A DNA stretch of 64,000 bases from positions 448,001 to 512,000 of the forward strand of contig CBDCQT010000012.1 of the NCBI GenBank assembly GCA_965220745.1, written 5' to 3'. How positions within the stretch are numbered: the stretch's first letter is position 1; the number at the start of each line of letters is the position of its first letter. The notes under the pieces were generated by a model. The model searched no databases, was not told where the DNA came from, and was given only the letters and a program-made list of their open reading frames with translations. This stretch comes from Alphaproteobacteria bacterium (GTDB lineage: Bacteria > Pseudomonadota > Alphaproteobacteria > UBA828). A program made the translations under genes and the position numbers. Of the stretch, positions 17,528 through 27,552 are shown piece after piece.

Positions 17528-18673
17528 CTACGGCTTCATTCTCCTGGCGATGGCCCGGCCCACCCTTTCGGCGGCCCGTTCGATTTCTCGGTCCCCGAGG
17601 TGAGCGTAGCGCAGGGTCATGCGGACATTGGAGTGGCCGAGCAGCCGGGACACCACCGGCACCGGCACGCCGTGCATCACCGCGTGGCTGGCCACTGTAT
17701 GGCGAAGGTCGTGGAGGCGCACATCCTCGATGCCGGCTTCCTTGCGGACCCGGTACCAAAGACCGAGGTCGGGGTGGCGTGGCCGAGACGGATCGCGCGG
17801 CGACGGAAACACGAACGGACTCTCTCCCCGCGGCTGCCATTCGAGGATACGCCGGGCCTGCGAGTTGAGGGGGACCTTCCGGGGCCCGGTCTTGCTGTCG
17901 GCCAACATGAGCATGTCGCCCTGAACCTCGGACCAGCGCAGGCGCACGATCTCGCCCCTGCGGCACCCGGTCAGCAGCAGGAGCCGGATCACGTCGGCCT
18001 GCTGGCGGTTCCTCCGTCCGGCTTGCCCGTCGAGCGCCCTGTGGAGGCGGGCGATCTCCTCGCGGGAGAGGAAGCGGGTGAGTTCCGGCCGGCGGTTGAG
18101 CTGGATGCCTGCGGTCGGGTTGGCGTCGGCGTGGCCGCGCGCGATGGCGAAGTTCATGATCTGGCGGAGGACGTCGAGGCTGTGATTGGCATTGCCGGGG
18201 GCGGTGCGGCTGAACGCGTCGAACCACCGCCTGACCCGCGCGGGCGTGATGCGGTCGAGCGGGATCGACCCGAACTCCGGCAACAGCCGGCTCGCGAGGA
18301 GCGAGCGGTGACCTTTTTTCGTGGAGGGTTTGTAGCGCGCGAAATGAGCGTCCCTCCACTCGCCCTCAACGAACTCCCGGAACAAGGGGGCGCGGCGTCT
18401 GGGCACGCTCTCCTTCTCAGGCTCGTGGGCGAGCTGCCGCGCGAGGCAATCCCGGCGCGCCTCCGCGATGGTCCTGAGCGACACCGGACCCAGCGAGATG
18501 CGTTTCGAGCGCCCGCCGGATCGCTGCAACCAGACATAGCTCTTCCCACCGCCGGGCCGGACCCGGACCCCGAGGCCGGGGGTGCGGTCGTCCCAGACGG
18601 TGAATTCCCGTTCTCGCGGACGGAGACGTTCGACGGCGGCATCGGTCAGTCGCATGCGCTCCCTGCCGGCCAT
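17528..18673 (-). CDS. Tyrosine recombinase/integrase with N-terminal arm-binding domain (second of pair)
   Basis: WDDRTPGLGVRV arm domain; TGCRRGE, DSKTG, HDLRH, LLGH...RYAH catalytic set. Confidence 0.93.
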   Translation of the reverse strand: MAGRERMRLTDAAVERLRPREREFTVWDDRTPGLGVRVRPGGGKSYVWLQRSGGRSKRISLGPVSLRTIAEARRDCLARQLAHEPEKESVPRRRAPLFREFVEGEWRDAHFARYKPSTKKGHRSLLASRLLPEFGSIPLDRITPARVRRWFDAFSRTAPGNANHSLDVLRQIMNFAIARGHADANPTAGIQLNRRPELTRFLSREEIARLHRALDGQAGRRNRQQADVIRLLLLTGCRRGEIVRLRWSEVQGDMLMLADSKTGPRKVPLNSQARRILEWQPRGESPFVFPSPRDPSRPRHPDLGLWYRVRKEAGIEDVRLHDLRHTVASHAVMHGVPVPVVSRLLGHSNVRMTLRYAHLGDREIERAAERVGRAIARRMKP

Positions 18674-18676
18674 CGA

Positions 18677-19801
18677 TCAGTTTCCTTCCAGCACGGCGCC
18701 AACGATTTCGGCGGCTTCCATCGTCATGACGTCGCTGAGGTGCGTGTACTTGAGGGTCGTCTCCGGGATGGCGTGGCCGAGCAACCGGCCGATGGCGAGC
18801 ACGGTCTCTCCCTCGCGCAGGGCGATGCTGGCATGGGTATGGCGGAGGTCGTGGAGACGAACGTCGCGCAACTCCGACTCGGCACGGAGCTTCCACCAGA
18901 ACCGGTCCAGCCAGCCGTCGCCCTGCGGGCCTGCCGTCCGGTACGAGGGAAACACCCAGCGGCCCTTTCGCTCCAGGGTGTCGAGAATGTTCCTGGCCGG
19001 CTCGGACAGCCAGACGGTTCGAGGACCCGTCTTCGAGTCACGGAGGAACAGGCGCCCCTCTCGGTAGTCGGACCAGCGCAGCGTGAGGATCTCGCCCTTC
19101 CGGCATCCGGTCAGCAGGAGGAGACGCACGACCGCCACCTGCTCCGGATGCTGCCCCTCATGGGCCGCGAGTGCCGTCGACAAGCGTCGGATCTCATCGT
19201 CCGACAGGAAGCGCTCGCGCCCCTCGCGGCGGTAGCGCCGGATGCCCTTGCACGGGTTCGAGGCCTCGGGCCTGAGCCCCATCGCCTCGGCCTCGCGCAT
19301 AATGACGGAGAGCACCGGCATCGACCGGTCGGCGGCGACCGGGGTGGCGCGCAGCGAAGCGAACCAGTTGACGACGTCCCGGCTGTCGATGTCGGCGACC
19401 TGCCGTCCCGCGAAGTGCGGGAGGATCTGGCTGCGCAGGTAGGCCCGGTTCACCGCCAGCGTTCCCGGCTTCCAGACCCAGCTGCGGCGCTCGAACGCGG
19501 CCTCGGCGACGGCCTCGAAGAGGGTCTCGGCGGGATCGCGTGGCGGGTCCTCCCCCAGGCGGATCGCGGCGAGCATGGTCACGGCGCGCGATCGTGCCTC
19601 GCGAACATCCATGGTGGCGGCGTCGCCTATGATCTTCCAGACGCGCTCGCCGCGATGCCGGCAGTGGACGAAGAAGCGCTTGGCGCCCGAGGGTAGCACG
19701 CGGAGGCCGAACCCCCTGAGCTTGCCGTCGCGAATGTCGTATGCGGTCTTGCGGGGCTTGAAGGCGCGGACGCGGGCGTCGGTAAGGTCGGTTCTGGGCA
19801 T
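18677..19801 (-). CDS. Tyrosine recombinase/integrase with N-terminal arm-binding domain (first of pair)
   Basis: RDGKLRGFGLRV arm domain; TGCRKGE, DSKTG, HDLRH, LLGH...KYTH catalytic set; GGGGAG RBS. Confidence 0.93.
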   Translation of the reverse strand: MPRTDLTDARVRAFKPRKTAYDIRDGKLRGFGLRVLPSGAKRFFVHCRHRGERVWKIIGDAATMDVREARSRAVTMLAAIRLGEDPPRDPAETLFEAVAEAAFERRSWVWKPGTLAVNRAYLRSQILPHFAGRQVADIDSRDVVNWFASLRATPVAADRSMPVLSVIMREAEAMGLRPEASNPCKGIRRYRREGRERFLSDDEIRRLSTALAAHEGQHPEQVAVVRLLLLTGCRKGEILTLRWSDYREGRLFLRDSKTGPRTVWLSEPARNILDTLERKGRWVFPSYRTAGPQGDGWLDRFWWKLRAESELRDVRLHDLRHTHASIALREGETVLAIGRLLGHAIPETTLKYTHLSDVMTMEAAEIVGAVLEGN

Positions 19802-20185
19802 CTCCCCTCTCCCGGTTTCGGTTGCATCCTGGGAACCGGGAGTTGACGGATCCGTCCGGATGCAACAATGTGGAGGAGAGAAAACGACCCTGTGTCAGAT
19901 AGTTAGCACCGCAGGTGCGTGGTCCGGTGTGAAACGCGCGGCGCTGGTGCCAGGATCGCGCCATGGGGTGCGAAGGCGGACGGAATCCGGCGGGCGGGAG
20001 GAGCGGGCGCTCCGCAATCGAGAGGCTGCCCCCTTCGCAGTCTGCAACGCGGTCGTCGTCCCAGCGGAATCCTGCCCATCCCGCTTAATCCCGGCGTGGC
20101 CCACAACAAAATTAAGGTTGTGTGTCCCACGTGAGACGCGGGAGGGGTAGTTGCGCCCCGCCAGCGCAACCCTATAGTGCGCGCC

Positions 20186-21367
20186 ATGCCCGCAGAGACT
20201 CTCGACCTCGGCCTCGCCAAGCCGCGCCGTGAGACGCGCGTGGTCGTCGCCATGTCCGGCGGCGTCGATTCGTCCGTCACCGCCGCCCTGCTGGCGGAGG
20301 CGGGCTACGAGGTGGTCGGCATCACGCTCCAGCTCTATGCGTCGGGCGGTCCGCGGGCGCGCCCCGGCGCCTGCTGTGCTGGGGAGGACATCTACGACGC
20401 CCGCCGCGTCGCGGATCGGCTCGGCATCCGCCACTACGTGCTCGACTACGAGACGCGCTTCAAGGAGGCGGTGATCGACGATTTCGCCGACTCCTACCTA
20501 CGCGGCGAGACGCCGATCCCCTGCGTGCGCTGCAACGAGCGGGTGAAGTTCCGCGACCTGCTGGCGCTCGCCCGCGACCTGGGCGCGGACGCGCTCGCCA
20601 CCGGCCACTACGTGCGGCGCGTGGCGGGGCCGGAGGGACCCGAGCTCCACCGGGCGGTCGATGGTGCGCGCGACCAGAGCTACTTCCTCTTCGCGACGAC
20701 GCAGGAGCAGCTGGAGTTCCTGCGCTTCCCCTTGGGCGACATGCCGAAGGAGCGCGTGCGGACGCACGCGGAGCGGCTTGGCCTCGCCGTCGCGGACAAG
20801 CCGGACAGCCAGGACATCTGCTTTGTGCCCTCCGGCCGCTATGCCGGCGTGATCGAGAGGCTCCGCCCCGGTGCCGCCGAGCCGGGCGATATCGTGGACG
20901 AGGCGGGCCGGGTGCTGGGCCGCCACGAAGGCATCATCCGCTACACCGTGGGCCAGCGGCGCGGGCTCGGCATCGCGGCGCCCGAGCCGCTCTACGTGCT
21001 CTCGGTGGATGCCGCGCGCCGCGCGGTCGTGGTGGGTCCGCAGGCTGCGCTGCTACGGGACCGGGTCTTCACCGGCCCGCTCGCCTGGATCGGCGGCGAC
21101 GCGCCCCGGCCCGGCGAAGAGCGGGCGGTGGTGGCGCGGCTCCGCTCCAGCCATCCCGGCGCGCCGGCGCGGCTGGTGCGCGGCGCCGACAGCACCGCCG
21201 AGGTCACGCTGGATGAGCCCGAGCCCTCGACCGCGCCGGGGCAGGCCTGCGTTCTCTACGATGGCGACCGCGTGCTCGGCGGCGGCTGGATCACCGGCAC
21301 CGGGCGGAGCGCCGTTCTCGCGGGCGGTGACGGCCACGCCGGCGTGGCCGAAATGGCCGCCGCCTGA
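20186..21367 (+). CDS. mnmA: tRNA 2-thiouridylase MnmA
   Basis: [49 protein letters not shown]. Confidence 0.97.
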   Translation: MPAETLDLGLAKPRRETRVVVAMSGGVDSSVTAALLAEAGYEVVGITLQLYASGGPRARPGACCAGEDIYDARRVADRLGIRHYVLDYETRFKEAVIDDFADSYLRGETPIPCVRCNERVKFRDLLALARDLGADALATGHYVRRVAGPEGPELHRAVDGARDQSYFLFATTQEQLEFLRFPLGDMPKERVRTHAERLGLAVADKPDSQDICFVPSGRYAGVIERLRPGAAEPGDIVDEAGRVLGRHEGIIRYTVGQRRGLGIAAPEPLYVLSVDAARRAVVVGPQAALLRDRVFTGPLAWIGGDAPRPGEERAVVARLRSSHPGAPARLVRGADSTAEVTLDEPEPSTAPGQACVLYDGDRVLGGGWITGTGRSAVLAGGDGHAGVAEMAAA

Positions 21368-21439
21368 CGCCGCGCTCGTGAGTCCCAACCACTCGGCCTT
21401 CGCTCTGCGCGATCCTGCTTCGGAAAGCGGCGAGGGCCC

Positions 21440-22660
21440 GTGACCGAGCCCCGGCTGATTACCGAGAGCGCTCCGCTCGCAGAGCTTTGCGCGGCGTGGC
21501 GGGAGGCCGAGTTCGTCACGGTCGATACCGAGTTCATGCGCGAGAGCACCTATCGCGCCAAGTTGTGCCTGCTGCAGATCGGCCCGGCCGAGGGGGAGCC
21601 GGTCGCCGTCGATCCGCTCGCGGAGGGAATCGACCTCGCGCCGCTCTACGATCTCTTGGTGCGCGCGCCGGTGCTCAAGGTCTTCCACGCCGCGCGGCAG
21701 GACGTCGAGGTGCTGCTGCCGCTCGCCGGCGGGGTGCCGCACCCGCTCTTCGACACCCAGATTGCCGCCATGGTGTGCGGCTTCGGCGATTCGGTCGGCT
21801 ACGAGACGCTGGTCGCCAAGCTCGCGCACGGGCGCATAGACAAGACCCAGCGCTTCACCGACTGGGCGCGCCGGCCGCTCACCGAGCGCCAGCTGCGCTA
21901 CGCCCTCTCCGACGTAAGTCACCTCCGGGTGGTGTACGAGAAGCTCGCGGCGAAGCTGGAACGTACCGGCCGGCGCTCGTGGCTCGACGAGGAGCTGGCG
22001 ACGCTCACGGACCCCGCCACCTACGAGAACCTGCCCGAGGAGGCGTGGCGGCGGATCAAGGTGCGCGGCGGCAACCGGCGCTTCTTCGCCATCCTGCGCG
22101 AGGTCGCGGCCTGGCGCGAGACCGAGGCCGCCCGGCGCGACAAGCCCCGCCCCTGGGTGATGCGCGATACCGCGCTGAGCGAGATCGCAGCGCAGCGCCC
22201 GCGCACGGTGAAGGAGCTCGCCAAGCTGCGCTCGGTGAGCCAGCGAAGCGCCGAGAGCGCTACGGGCGCGGCGCTGCTGGCGGCGGTGGAGCGCGGTCTG
22301 GCGCTCCCCGACGAGGCCTGTCCGAAGCCGCCGCCCCGGCCGGAAAAATCTGCTGCACCAGCGGCCTTGACCGATCTCCTCAAGGTGCTTCTTACCTTCA
22401 AGAGCGAGGAGAGCGGCGTCGCCCGAAAGCTGATCGCCAGCGCCGCCGATCTGGAACGGATCGCCCAGGGGCAGACGAATGGGGTGCCGGCGCTGCAGGG
22501 CTGGCGGCGGGCTCTCTTCGGCGATGCCGCGCTCGATCTGGTGAACGGCCGGCTGGCGCTCACCGTGGAGCACGGCGTGCTTCGCCTGCTCGCCTGCGAC
22601 GGCGCCGTCGATCGCGCGCCGGCGTCGGTTCAGCCGCTGGCAGCCGTGGAGAAGCGGTGA
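21440..22660 (+). CDS. rnd: Ribonuclease D
   Basis: VDTEFMRE, FHAARQD, FDTQIAA, DWARRPL, YALSDV, HRDC region. Confidence 0.96.
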   Translation: MTEPRLITESAPLAELCAAWREAEFVTVDTEFMRESTYRAKLCLLQIGPAEGEPVAVDPLAEGIDLAPLYDLLVRAPVLKVFHAARQDVEVLLPLAGGVPHPLFDTQIAAMVCGFGDSVGYETLVAKLAHGRIDKTQRFTDWARRPLTERQLRYALSDVSHLRVVYEKLAAKLERTGRRSWLDEELATLTDPATYENLPEEAWRRIKVRGGNRRFFAILREVAAWRETEAARRDKPRPWVMRDTALSEIAAQRPRTVKELAKLRSVSQRSAESATGAALLAAVERGLALPDEACPKPPPRPEKSAAPAALTDLLKVLLTFKSEESGVARKLIASAADLERIAQGQTNGVPALQGWRRALFGDAALDLVNGRLALTVEHGVLRLLACDGAVDRAPASVQPLAAVEKR

Positions 22661-23490
22661 ACGCGCGAGCAGCCTGGTTCGATCCGTTGCGGCTCACCGC
22701 CGACGACCCGCGGCCCTACTCCCGAATTGGGCCGGTCAGTGTCCATCCGCATTTCGTCCTGGTCTGCGACCATGCGAGCAACGCGGTCCCGGCCCACATG
22801 GAGCGTCTGGGCCTCGACCAGGCGGAGCTAGACCGCCACATCGGCTGGGACATCGGCGCGGCGATGGTCACCAGATCGCTCAGCGCCTGGCTCGACGCGC
22901 CGGCGTACTTCTCCGGCTATTCGCGCCTGGTGGTCGATTGCAATCGCCCGGTGGGGAGCCCCACGGCGATGCCCGCGGTGAGCGACGGCACCGTCGTGCC
23001 GGCCAATCAGTCGATCTCGCCGGAGGAGGCTGCGGCGCGGACGGACGCGTTCTTCCGCCCCTATCACGACGCCATCGCCGCATGCCTCGACCGAGCGATC
23101 GGCTTTGGCGCGGTGCCGATCCTGGTGGCGGTCCACAGCTTCACGCCGGTCTTCGACGGCTTCGCCCGGCCGTGGGAGGTGGGGCTGCTCTACGAGCACG
23201 ACGACCGGCTGGTGCAGCCGCTGAAGCAGGCGCTCGCTGCGCTCCGCCCGGGGCTCACTGTCGGCGACAACGAGCCCTACGCCATCGTCGGCCCGTCCGA
23301 CTATTCGATTCCGGTGCACGGACAGGGGCGCGGCCTGCCCCATATCGAGATCGAGCTGCGTCAGGACCTGATCGGTACGGAGGAGGGCGCCCGGTCCTGG
23401 GCCGAGACTCTCGCCGTCGCGTTCAAGCAGGTGCGAACGGAGTTGGCGCCGCTCGCGATCGAGAACCGGGTGCCACCGGGCGCCGGATGA
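22657..23490 (+). CDS. N-formylglutamate amidohydrolase family protein
   Basis: GTG overlapping rnd stop; CDHASN, HIGWDIGA, SRLVVDCNR, HSFTP, GDNEPY, EIELRQD. Confidence 0.9.
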   Translation: MNARAAWFDPLRLTADDPRPYSRIGPVSVHPHFVLVCDHASNAVPAHMERLGLDQAELDRHIGWDIGAAMVTRSLSAWLDAPAYFSGYSRLVVDCNRPVGSPTAMPAVSDGTVVPANQSISPEEAAARTDAFFRPYHDAIAACLDRAIGFGAVPILVAVHSFTPVFDGFARPWEVGLLYEHDDRLVQPLKQALAALRPGLTVGDNEPYAIVGPSDYSIPVHGQGRGLPHIEIELRQDLIGTEEGARSWAETLAVAFKQVRTELAPLAIENRVPPGAG

Positions 23491-23543
23491 GCCCTCCGCC
23501 CGCGGAGTGCGGGCGAAGGGAGTTGCCGATACGAAGTTCGCCG

Positions 23544-24203
23544 CTACTCGGGCTGCGGCACGATCCTGAGATAGGGTTTCGGGGCCGTCCAGCCGTCCGG
23601 GTAGGTCTTCCTGGCCTCCTCGTCGGAGACCGCCGGCACGATGATCACGTCCTCGCCCTGCTTCCAGTTCACCGGCGTCGCCACCTTGTGCTTCGCTGTG
23701 AGCTGGCAGGAATCGAGCACGCGCAGCACCTCGTCGAAGTTGCGGCCGGTGCTCATCGGGTAGGTGAGGGAAAGCTTGATCTTCTTGTCCGGGCCGACGA
23801 GGAAGACGGTGCGGACGGTGAGATTGTCCACCGCCGTACGCCCCTCGGAGGTGGTGCCGGCGCCCGCCGGCAGCATCTCGTAGAGGGTCGCGATCTTGAG
23901 CTCGGGGTCCCCGATCAGCGGGTAGTTGACCGCGTGACCTTGCGTTTCCTCGATATCCTTCGACCAGGCGTGGTGATCGCTCACGCCGTCCACGCTGAGC
24001 CCCAGGACCTTGCAGTTGCGCTTCTCGAACTCCGACTTGAGGCCGGCCATGTAGCCGAGCTCGGTGGTGCAGACCGGCGTGAAGTCCTTGGGATGGGAGA
24101 AAAGAATCGCCCAGCCGTCGCCGATCCAGTCGTGAAAGTCGATCGAGCCTTCGGTGGTGTCTGCCGTGAAGTTGGGTGCTTCGTCGCCAATCCGCAGTGC
24201 CAT
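23544..24203 (-). CDS. 1-Cys peroxiredoxin (Prx6 family)
   Basis: FSHPKDFTPVCTTE, GRNFDEVLR. Confidence 0.95.
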   Translation of the reverse strand: MALRIGDEAPNFTADTTEGSIDFHDWIGDGWAILFSHPKDFTPVCTTELGYMAGLKSEFEKRNCKVLGLSVDGVSDHHAWSKDIEETQGHAVNYPLIGDPELKIATLYEMLPAGAGTTSEGRTAVDNLTVRTVFLVGPDKKIKLSLTYPMSTGRNFDEVLRVLDSCQLTAKHKVATPVNWKQGEDVIIVPAVSDEEARKTYPDGWTAPKPYLRIVPQPE

Positions 24204-24380
24204 TGCCTGGTGTCTCCTCTTGAGCGACCGCGGGCCGGCGGTTGCGCAGGCTGCGGTCTTGTCAAATTGGGGTCGAGCGGCCCCTCGCGCGCCTTAGCGG
24301 CCGCCGATAGACGACAATGTGGTGAGCGCAGCCCGCCGCGCAAGCGCCTTTTGCAGGCGCCTGCGCGGGAGCAGATCCAA

Positions 24381-24866
24381 TTAGAGCTGCGTGAGCATGT
24401 GCTCCGCGCTGCTCACGTCCATCTCCGCCGGGTTCTCCTCCACGTTGAGGGTGGTGATCGTGCCGTCGTCCACGATCATGGAGAACCGGGTCGTCCGCTC
24501 GCCAAGCCCGAAGCCGGTGCCGTCGAGGGTGAGCCCCGTCGCCCGCGCGAACTCGCCGTTGCCGTCCGCCAGCATGTCGATGGTATCGCCGCTGCCGGTG
24601 TCCTCGCCCCAGGCCTTCATCACGAACGCGTCGTTGACCGACACGCAGGCGATCTGGTCGACGCCCTTGGCCTTGAGCGCATCGGCCTGCGCCAAGAAGC
24701 TCGGCACGTGCTTGGCCGAGCAGGTCGGCGTGAACGCGCCGGGGACGGCGAAGAGCGCCGTCTTCTTGCCGCCGAAATAGTCGTCGCTCGCTACGTCGCT
24801 GAGCCCGTCCGCCGTCAGCATCTTGAAGTTGACCGACGGCACCTTGTCGCCCGCGCTAACTGCCAT
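24381..24866 (-). CDS. Peroxiredoxin, Prx5/PRX5-like
   Basis: VPGAFTPTCS, SVNDAFVMKAW, LADGNG. Confidence 0.94.
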   Translation of the reverse strand: MAVSAGDKVPSVNFKMLTADGLSDVASDDYFGGKKTALFAVPGAFTPTCSAKHVPSFLAQADALKAKGVDQIACVSVNDAFVMKAWGEDTGSGDTIDMLADGNGEFARATGLTLDGTGFGLGERTTRFSMIVDDGTITTLNVEENPAEMDVSSAEHMLTQL

Positions 24867-25087
24867 TGTCTCCCTCTCCTCTGGCACGTTGGATTGCCGG
24901 GTCCACCCCGGTTGGCGCGCACTATGCGAAGAGCGCCGCGGGAATGCAAACCCCGCCTGTGCCCGCAGCAGCTACCGCATCGGCGTGCTCCGCCCGCTCC
25001 GTTTTCCGCCGCGCGCGCCCGTGCTAGGGAATGCGGCGGCGGCACGTGGTAGCGCGACAGGGAGGGCCCGGCGCGGGCGAGGGAGCG

Positions 25088-27535
25088 ATGACCGAGGCGT
25101 TACCGACTCAGGCCCAGGTGGTGATCGTCGGCGGCGGCATCATCGGATGCAGCATGGCCTACCACCTGACCAAGCTTGGCCTGCGCGACGTGGTCCTTCT
25201 GGAGCGGGGCCATCTCACCGGCGGCACCTCATGGCACGCCGCAGGCCTGGTCAACCAGCTGCGCGCGACCTCGACGCTGACGGAGCTCGCGCGCTACGCC
25301 GTCGGCCTCTACGAGACGTTGGAAGCCGAGACCGGCCAGGCGACCGGCTTCCGCCGCAAGGGCAGCCTGCCCATCGCCCGCACCGAAGAACGGCTCACCG
25401 AGATCAGGCGCACGGCCGCGCTCGGCGACTGCTTCGGCGTCGAGGCCTACGAGGTCGGGCTGAACGAGGTGGCGGCGCTCTATCCGCTGATGGACGTCTC
25501 GCGGATCAAGGGCGCCATCTACATTCCCGGAGACGGCCAGACCAATCCCGTCGATACCGCGATGGCGCTCGCCAAGGGCGCCCGCGCACGGGGGGCGCGC
25601 ATCTTCGAGGAAACCGCCGTCACCGGCTTCGAGCGCAGGAACGGCGCGGTCTCCGGCGTCTGCACCGTTCAAGGCACCGTCGCCTGCGAAACCGTCGTCA
25701 ACTGCGGCGGTGTCTGGGCACGCGAGATCGGGCTGATGGCGGGCGTCAGCGTGCCGCTCTACGCCGCCGAGCACATGTACGTGGTCACCGAGCCGATCGA
25801 GGGGCTCTCGCCCGATGCGCCGATCATCCGCGACACCGACGGCTACATCTACGTGAAGGAGGACGCGGGCCGCCTGCTCGTCGGCTCCTTCGAGCCGGTG
25901 GCGAAGCCGCTGCCGCTGGAGAAGCTGCCCGAGGGCGCCGAGTTCGTCGAGCTGCCCGAGGATTGGGACCACTTCGAGCTGCCGATGACCAACGCCATCG
26001 AGCTCCTGCCGGTGCTCGAACGGGCGCCGATCCGCCGCTTCATGAACGGGCCGGAGAGCTTCACGCCGGACAACAAGTTCGTGCTCGGCGAGGCGCCGGA
26101 GCTCGCGCGCTTCTTCGTCACCGCCGGCTTCAACTCGCAAGGCATCCTCACCGCCGCCGGCGCCGGCAAGGTGATGTCGGAGTGGATCGTGGAGGGGCAG
26201 CCCACGGTGGACCTCGCCGAGCTCGACATCTCCCGCTTCGCCCGCTTCCAGAACAACCGCCGCTATCTGGTCGACCGCACGAAGGAGAGCCTGGGCCTGC
26301 TGTTCCAGATGCACTGGCCCCATCGCCAGGTTGAAACCGCGCGGCCCGTGCGGCTCAGCCCGCTGCACGCGCGGCTTGCCGCCCACAACGCCTGCTTCGG
26401 CGAGGCGGCAGGCTGGGAGCGCGCCAACTGGTTCGCGTCCGACGGCGTGGAACCGGCCTATGAGTACGCCTACGGCAAGCAGAACTGGTTCGATTACGTG
26501 CGGGAGGAGCACCGCGCCGTGCGCCAGGCGGTCGGTATCCTCGACATGAGCTCGTTCGCGAAATACCTGGTGCAGGGGCCGGATGCGGAGCGCGAGCTGC
26601 AGCGCCTCTGCGCCAACGATGTCGCGGTGCCGGCGGGCAAGATCGTCTACACGCAACTGCTCAACAGGCGGGGCGGGATCGAGGCGGACCTCACCGTGAC
26701 CCGGCTCGACGACGACCGTTACCTGGTTGTGACCTCGGCGGCATCCCAGACCCGCGACCTCACCTGGATCGAGCGGAACCTGAGTGACGGCGCGCGGGTC
26801 TATGTCACCGATGTGACCTCGGGCTCCGGCGTGCTCGCCGTGATGGGCCCCAACGCCAGGGCGTTGCTCGGGCGGGTCAGCGATGCCGACCTCTCCAACG
26901 AGGCCTTCCCCTTCGGCACCTGCCAGGAGATCGACATCGGCTACGCGCACGCGAGGGCGATGCGGGTCTCCTACGTCGGCGAGCTCGGCTGGGAGCTGCA
27001 CATCGCGACCGAATACATGGTGCCGGTCTTCGACCGGCTGCTCGAAGCGGGCGCCGACCTCGGCGTCGGGCTGTGCGGCATCCACGCGATGGATTCGCTC
27101 AGGAGCGAGAAGGGCTATCGCCACTGGGGCCACGACATCACCCAGGCCGAGACCCCGCTGGAAGCCGGCCTCGGCTTCGCCGTCTCGTTCAAGAAGGATG
27201 CCGAGTTCATCGGCCGCGCGGCGCTGGAACGCCAGCGCGAGGAGGGACTCACCGCGCGCCTCGTCCACGTGATGCTGGAGAGGCCCGAGCCCTTCATGTT
27301 CCACGACGAGACCATTTACCTGGACGACAGGGTCGCGGGCCGCATCACCTCTGCGGCCTACGGCTACGGCTTCGACCGGCCGGTCGGCATGGGCTATCTG
27401 CTGAGCGACGAGCCGCGCCGGTGGCAGGCACTGGACGACGGCGCCTACGAGGTCGATATCGCCGGCGAGCGTGTGCCGGCGGCGATGTCGCTCACGCCTT
27501 TCTACGATCCGGCAGGCGAGCGGTTGCGGAGCTGA
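25088..27535 (+). CDS. GcvT-family FAD-dependent oxidoreductase (dimethylglycine/sarcosine dehydrogenase-like)
   Basis: GGGIIG, GTSWHAAG, NGPESFTPD, GWERANWF, SYVGELGWEL, SLRSEKGY. Confidence 0.93.
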   Translation: MTEALPTQAQVVIVGGGIIGCSMAYHLTKLGLRDVVLLERGHLTGGTSWHAAGLVNQLRATSTLTELARYAVGLYETLEAETGQATGFRRKGSLPIARTEERLTEIRRTAALGDCFGVEAYEVGLNEVAALYPLMDVSRIKGAIYIPGDGQTNPVDTAMALAKGARARGARIFEETAVTGFERRNGAVSGVCTVQGTVACETVVNCGGVWAREIGLMAGVSVPLYAAEHMYVVTEPIEGLSPDAPIIRDTDGYIYVKEDAGRLLVGSFEPVAKPLPLEKLPEGAEFVELPEDWDHFELPMTNAIELLPVLERAPIRRFMNGPESFTPDNKFVLGEAPELARFFVTAGFNSQGILTAAGAGKVMSEWIVEGQPTVDLAELDISRFARFQNNRRYLVDRTKESLGLLFQMHWPHRQVETARPVRLSPLHARLAAHNACFGEAAGWERANWFASDGVEPAYEYAYGKQNWFDYVREEHRAVRQAVGILDMSSFAKYLVQGPDAERELQRLCANDVAVPAGKIVYTQLLNRRGGIEADLTVTRLDDDRYLVVTSAASQTRDLTWIERNLSDGARVYVTDVTSGSGVLAVMGPNARALLGRVSDADLSNEAFPFGTCQEIDIGYAHARAMRVSYVGELGWELHIATEYMVPVFDRLLEAGADLGVGLCGIHAMDSLRSEKGYRHWGHDITQAETPLEAGLGFAVSFKKDAEFIGRAALERQREEGLTARLVHVMLERPEPFMFHDETIYLDDRVAGRITSAAYGYGFDRPVGMGYLLSDEPRRWQALDDGAYEVDIAGERVPAAMSLTPFYDPAGERLRS

Positions 27536-27552
27536 GGGCGGTAGGGCGCGGC

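Noticed and set aside
20107-20114. Another CAAAATTA identical to the IS target duplication
   Set aside because: An 8-mer with no IR beside it; chance or merely a potential target.
19900-20185. Possible tRNA or att site between the integrases and mnmA
   Set aside because: No T-loop/CCA cloverleaf found, and no direct repeat matching the left junction seen by eye.
23544-24866. Two adjacent peroxiredoxins as a novel system
   Set aside because: Both are ordinary Prx6 and Prx5 family members; clustering is unremarkable.
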